From Prochlorococcus sp. AG-409-B13 (lineage in GTDB: Bacteria > Cyanobacteriota > Cyanobacteriia > PCC-6307 > Cyanobiaceae): 64,000 nt of DNA. Position numbers and translations under genes: made by a program. Location: the NCBI GenBank assembly GCA_003216035.1, contig QCJM01000002.1:82426-146425 (forward strand), written 5' to 3'. Below, one piece after another: positions 61,471 to 64,000 of this stretch. The notes below the pieces were generated by a model. It saw only the letters and a program-made list of their open reading frames with translations, was not told the origin of the DNA and searched no databases. The number at the start of each line of letters is the position of its first letter. Position 1 is the first letter of the stretch.

Positions 61471-62475
61471 ATGACTAGCCCCATGGTTCCTGTGAAAGTA
61501 GGGGTAATTGGCATCGGCAATATGGGCTGGCATCATGCTCGAGTGCTCAGCCTGCTTAAAGATGCAGAATTAATAGGAGTAGCAGATCCTGATCCCCAAC
61601 GAGGCCAACTAGCAACTCAACAATTCGATTGTCAATGGTTTAGTGATTATCAAAGCCTATTGCAAGAAGTAGAAGCAGTTTGCATTGCTGTACCAACTCT
61701 GCTTCACCATAAAGTCGGGCTGGACTGCTTAGAAGCAGGACTACATGTATTGATCGAGAAGCCAATTGCAGCAAGCCAAGATGAAGCATCAGAACTAATT
61801 ACAGCTGCGAATAAATCAAAACGACTACTACAAGTAGGTCATATAGAAAGATTCAACCCAGCATTTAGAGAGTTGATAAAGGTAGTTGCAAATGAAGAAG
61901 TTGTTGTTTTGGAAGCTCGTCGACATAGCCCACACGCAGACAGAGCAAATGATGTTTCAGTCGTACTGGACTTAATGATCCATGATCTAGATCTAGTTCT
62001 GGAATTAGCAAGTGCTCCTGTTGTAAAACTAGCTGCTGTTGGAGGGCGTAGTTCAAAAGGTCCTCTTGATTACGTCAATGCAACTCTTGGGTTCAACAAT
62101 GGAGTAGTCGCAAGCTTGACTGCTAGCAAAATGAGCCACCGAAAAATCAGAAGCTTAAGTGCTCACTGCAGAGGAAGCTTGGTAGAAACTGATTTTCTAA
62201 ACCATACCTTGAACATTCATCGACGTGCTCATGAGTGGTATTCAGCAGATCATGGAGAATTGTTATATCGGAACGATGGATTTATTGAAGAAGTAAGCAC
62301 TACCTCAATAGAGCCACTTTATGCAGAGCTTGAACATTTTCTACAATGTGTTCGTGGCAGAGAGACTCCTGCAGTTGATGGTGAGCAAGCATCCAGAGCA
62401 CTACGATTAGCAGATTTAATTGAACATGCAGTCGAGCACCCCGGCAGTGGACTCTCTTTAAAAGAAGCGATTTGA
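61471..62475 (+). CDS. Gfo/Idh/MocA-family NAD(P)-dependent oxidoreductase
   Basis: The Rossmann motif VGVIGIGNMGWHHA and the EKP motif (VLIEKPIA) are present. Confidence 0.85.
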   Translation: MTSPMVPVKVGVIGIGNMGWHHARVLSLLKDAELIGVADPDPQRGQLATQQFDCQWFSDYQSLLQEVEAVCIAVPTLLHHKVGLDCLEAGLHVLIEKPIAASQDEASELITAANKSKRLLQVGHIERFNPAFRELIKVVANEEVVVLEARRHSPHADRANDVSVVLDLMIHDLDLVLELASAPVVKLAAVGGRSSKGPLDYVNATLGFNNGVVASLTASKMSHRKIRSLSAHCRGSLVETDFLNHTLNIHRRAHEWYSADHGELLYRNDGFIEEVSTTSIEPLYAELEHFLQCVRGRETPAVDGEQASRALRLADLIEHAVEHPGSGLSLKEAI

Positions 62476-62598
62476 AGTAAAATCTAAAATCAACCTCTTC
62501 AAAAGAAGATTATTAAAATCTCACCAATCAACATATAAATATGTATAAATTAACTTACATAAAAGCCGCAAAGAATAGAGGCGCACGCAACAGCAAGA

Positions 62599-63444
62599 AT
62601 GCCTATAGCTATGGATATAAAAAAAACTTTTATGAATTCAAAAACTAATAAAATTAAAGGAGTTTTACGAAAAGAGATATTAGGAGTTCCTATTGACATT
62701 TGCAATGATGTATTGAAAAGTGCGATTGAACTTCATGCACTCGGTGGTGGGCAAATAATCACTTTAAATACTGAGATGGCAATGCTAGCCAGAACAAATC
62801 AAACCCTGAAAAAAGTGATATCAACCTCAGAATTAGTCATACCCGATAGCATTGGATTAGTTGCGGCATTACGTCTTAAAAAACTAATCGTGAGTCGCGC
62901 TCCAGGGATAGAGCTGGCAAACGATTTACTTTTACATGCAGAAGCTAATCATTGGAGAGTTGCTCTTGTTGGTGGGAGCAAAGATGTGATGAGCCAACTA
63001 AAAAAAAATCTGTTCAGGAACCTCCCTAACCTCAAAATAGAGCTTGCTATTCACGGTTTCCACAATGAATATGAACTTCACTTGCTCGAAAAGAAACTCA
63101 AAGATATCGATGCAGACCTAATTCTTATTGCAATGGGGACACCATTCCAAGAAATATGGTCACAAAAAATCCGTCGAGGGTGCAGAGGTATATGGATAGG
63201 AGTAGGTGGAAGCTTCGACATATGGGCAGGGAAAAAAAGTCGAGCTCCCTCTTGGATAAGAAGGATTCACCTCGAATGGCTCTATCGGCTGATTAAGGAA
63301 CCAAGCCGAATAAATAGGTTTACGGCCTTAGCCGCATTCCCTTGGGTGCTGTTTAAAACCGAAGAAGCTTGTGAAAAAACTTCAACGGAAGCCCACTGCT
63401 GCCTGCCATACAAAAACAAGCAGGAAGAAGAAAAGGGGAATTAG
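62599..63444 (+). CDS. WecB/TagA/CpsF-family glycosyltransferase
   Basis: The family pattern is readable (ILGVPID...; ITLNTEMAM...; LIPDSIGLV; [14 protein letters not shown]; WIGVGGSFD...AP.W......[10 protein letters not shown]). The start among three nearby ATGs is uncertain. Confidence 0.8.
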   Translation: MPIAMDIKKTFMNSKTNKIKGVLRKEILGVPIDICNDVLKSAIELHALGGGQIITLNTEMAMLARTNQTLKKVISTSELVIPDSIGLVAALRLKKLIVSRAPGIELANDLLLHAEANHWRVALVGGSKDVMSQLKKNLFRNLPNLKIELAIHGFHNEYELHLLEKKLKDIDADLILIAMGTPFQEIWSQKIRRGCRGIWIGVGGSFDIWAGKKSRAPSWIRRIHLEWLYRLIKEPSRINRFTALAAFPWVLFKTEEACEKTSTEAHCCLPYKNKQEEEKGN

Positions 63445-63555
63445 TGGAAGCACGTCCACTGTTGGGGCAAAGGCCTGATAAGCCTCAGGCAGTTGGGCCA
63501 ACAAATCAAGAGTCAAGGATGCCATCCCTAGAAAATCATGGACGTTTTAAGGACG

Positions 63556-64000
63556 CTACCACGTGTGATGTGCTGGAGACTCTTTCTGCCAGGGAGCGAA
63601 ATCCTCTGAAAAACATCCCTGCATGATTGCTTGGCCCATCGAATTGGTAAATCGAATCAAATTTGTAAGGTTGTGCAGGCTCACAAGAGTCAATCCGAGC
63701 AGTTCATCACTACGTATCAAATGATGGAGATAAGCCCTTGTGTGGCTGGTACAGGCCTCACATAGACAAGTTTCATCAAGAGGACGATGATCGTGACGAA
63801 AGCATGCATTGCGCAAATTCCACCTTTCGTCACGAACCAAAGCTGTTCCGTGGCGACCTAAACGTGTAGGCAATACACAATCAAAAAGATCTATTCCATT
63901 AGCTACTGCAATTGCCATTTCCCTAAGGGTGCCAATACCCATCAAATATCTAGGGCAATCGATGGGCAATAAGGGAGTGACATGGCGAATAATCTTGTGC
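63556..64000 (-). CDS. tgt: Queuine tRNA-ribosyltransferase, C-terminal part (the gene continues beyond the window end)
   Basis: [35 protein letters not shown] is present, together with the zinc site [17 protein letters not shown]. Confidence 0.93.
   Translation of the reverse strand, partial: HKIIRHVTPLLPIDCPRYLMGIGTLREMAIAVANGIDLFDCVLPTRLGRHGTALVRDERWNLRNACFRHDHRPLDETCLCEACTSHTRAYLHHLIRSDELLGLTLVSLHNLTNLIRFTNSMGQAIMQGCFSEDFAPWQKESPAHHTW

Noticed and set aside
63444-63626. A 60-aa GTG-initiated ORF lies between the TagA-like gene and tgt.
   Set aside because: It overlaps the 3' end of tgt on the opposite strand, uses a non-ATG start, and has no motif. It is probably spurious.

Overview
The window reads as core chromosome of a low-light-adapted Prochlorococcus marinus (SS120/MIT9211-like). 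Supporting this are the AT-rich, tightly packed genome, a 65-aa PsbJ, and a type-III phycoerythrin (PE) cluster without any phycobilisome core or rod genes. About 62 protein genes, 2 tRNAs and a few rho-independent terminators can be supported.

Gene content by region:
- 1-6.9 kb: psbB (3' part), psbT, nrdR, rpsA, a HAD hydrolase, metK, an FGGY kinase, a DUF2470 protein and tRNA-Phe.
- 6.9-12.5 kb: a visibly more AT-rich, gene-sparse stretch holding a NodU/CmcH carbamoyltransferase with an extra C-terminal region, an orphan small ORF and a PucC-like MFS protein.
- 12.5-19.3 kb: the PE cluster (ppeC, cpeS, cpeT, cpeY, a third HEAT-repeat lyase paralog, cpeZ, cpeA, cpeB).
- 20-36.5 kb: glycan and nucleotide-sugar genes, interrupted by pcrA, a CCA/poly(A)-polymerase family gene, an oxidoreductase-SelD fusion and hisS.
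- 36.5-39 kb: mtnA and mtnP.
- 39-43 kb: psbJ-L-F-E, ycf48, rubredoxin and ndhC-K-J.
- 43-64 kb: housekeeping genes (yvcK-like, mlaF/mlaD-like, chlD, folK, a NUDIX hydrolase, a DegT aminotransferase, fabI, hisB, a carotenoid oxygenase, rdgB, a PGM/PMM-family mutase, a TM0106-type RecB-like nuclease, ygfZ, pyrE, tRNA-CAT, a CNNM/CorC transporter, a Gfo/Idh/MocA oxidoreductase, a TagA-like transferase, and the 3' part of tgt).

I saw no CRISPR array, IS or transposase, integrase, prophage gene or recognisable defence system.

The most unusual items are:
- the tRNA-Phe-proximal AT-rich segment with the extended carbamoyltransferase and very long non-coding spacers;
- the surplus of lyase genes in the PE cluster;
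- the oxidoreductase-SelD fusion;
- the three-module RecB/Cas4-like plus DEDDy nuclease.

All functional calls rest on motifs I could read in the supplied translations; no database search was possible.
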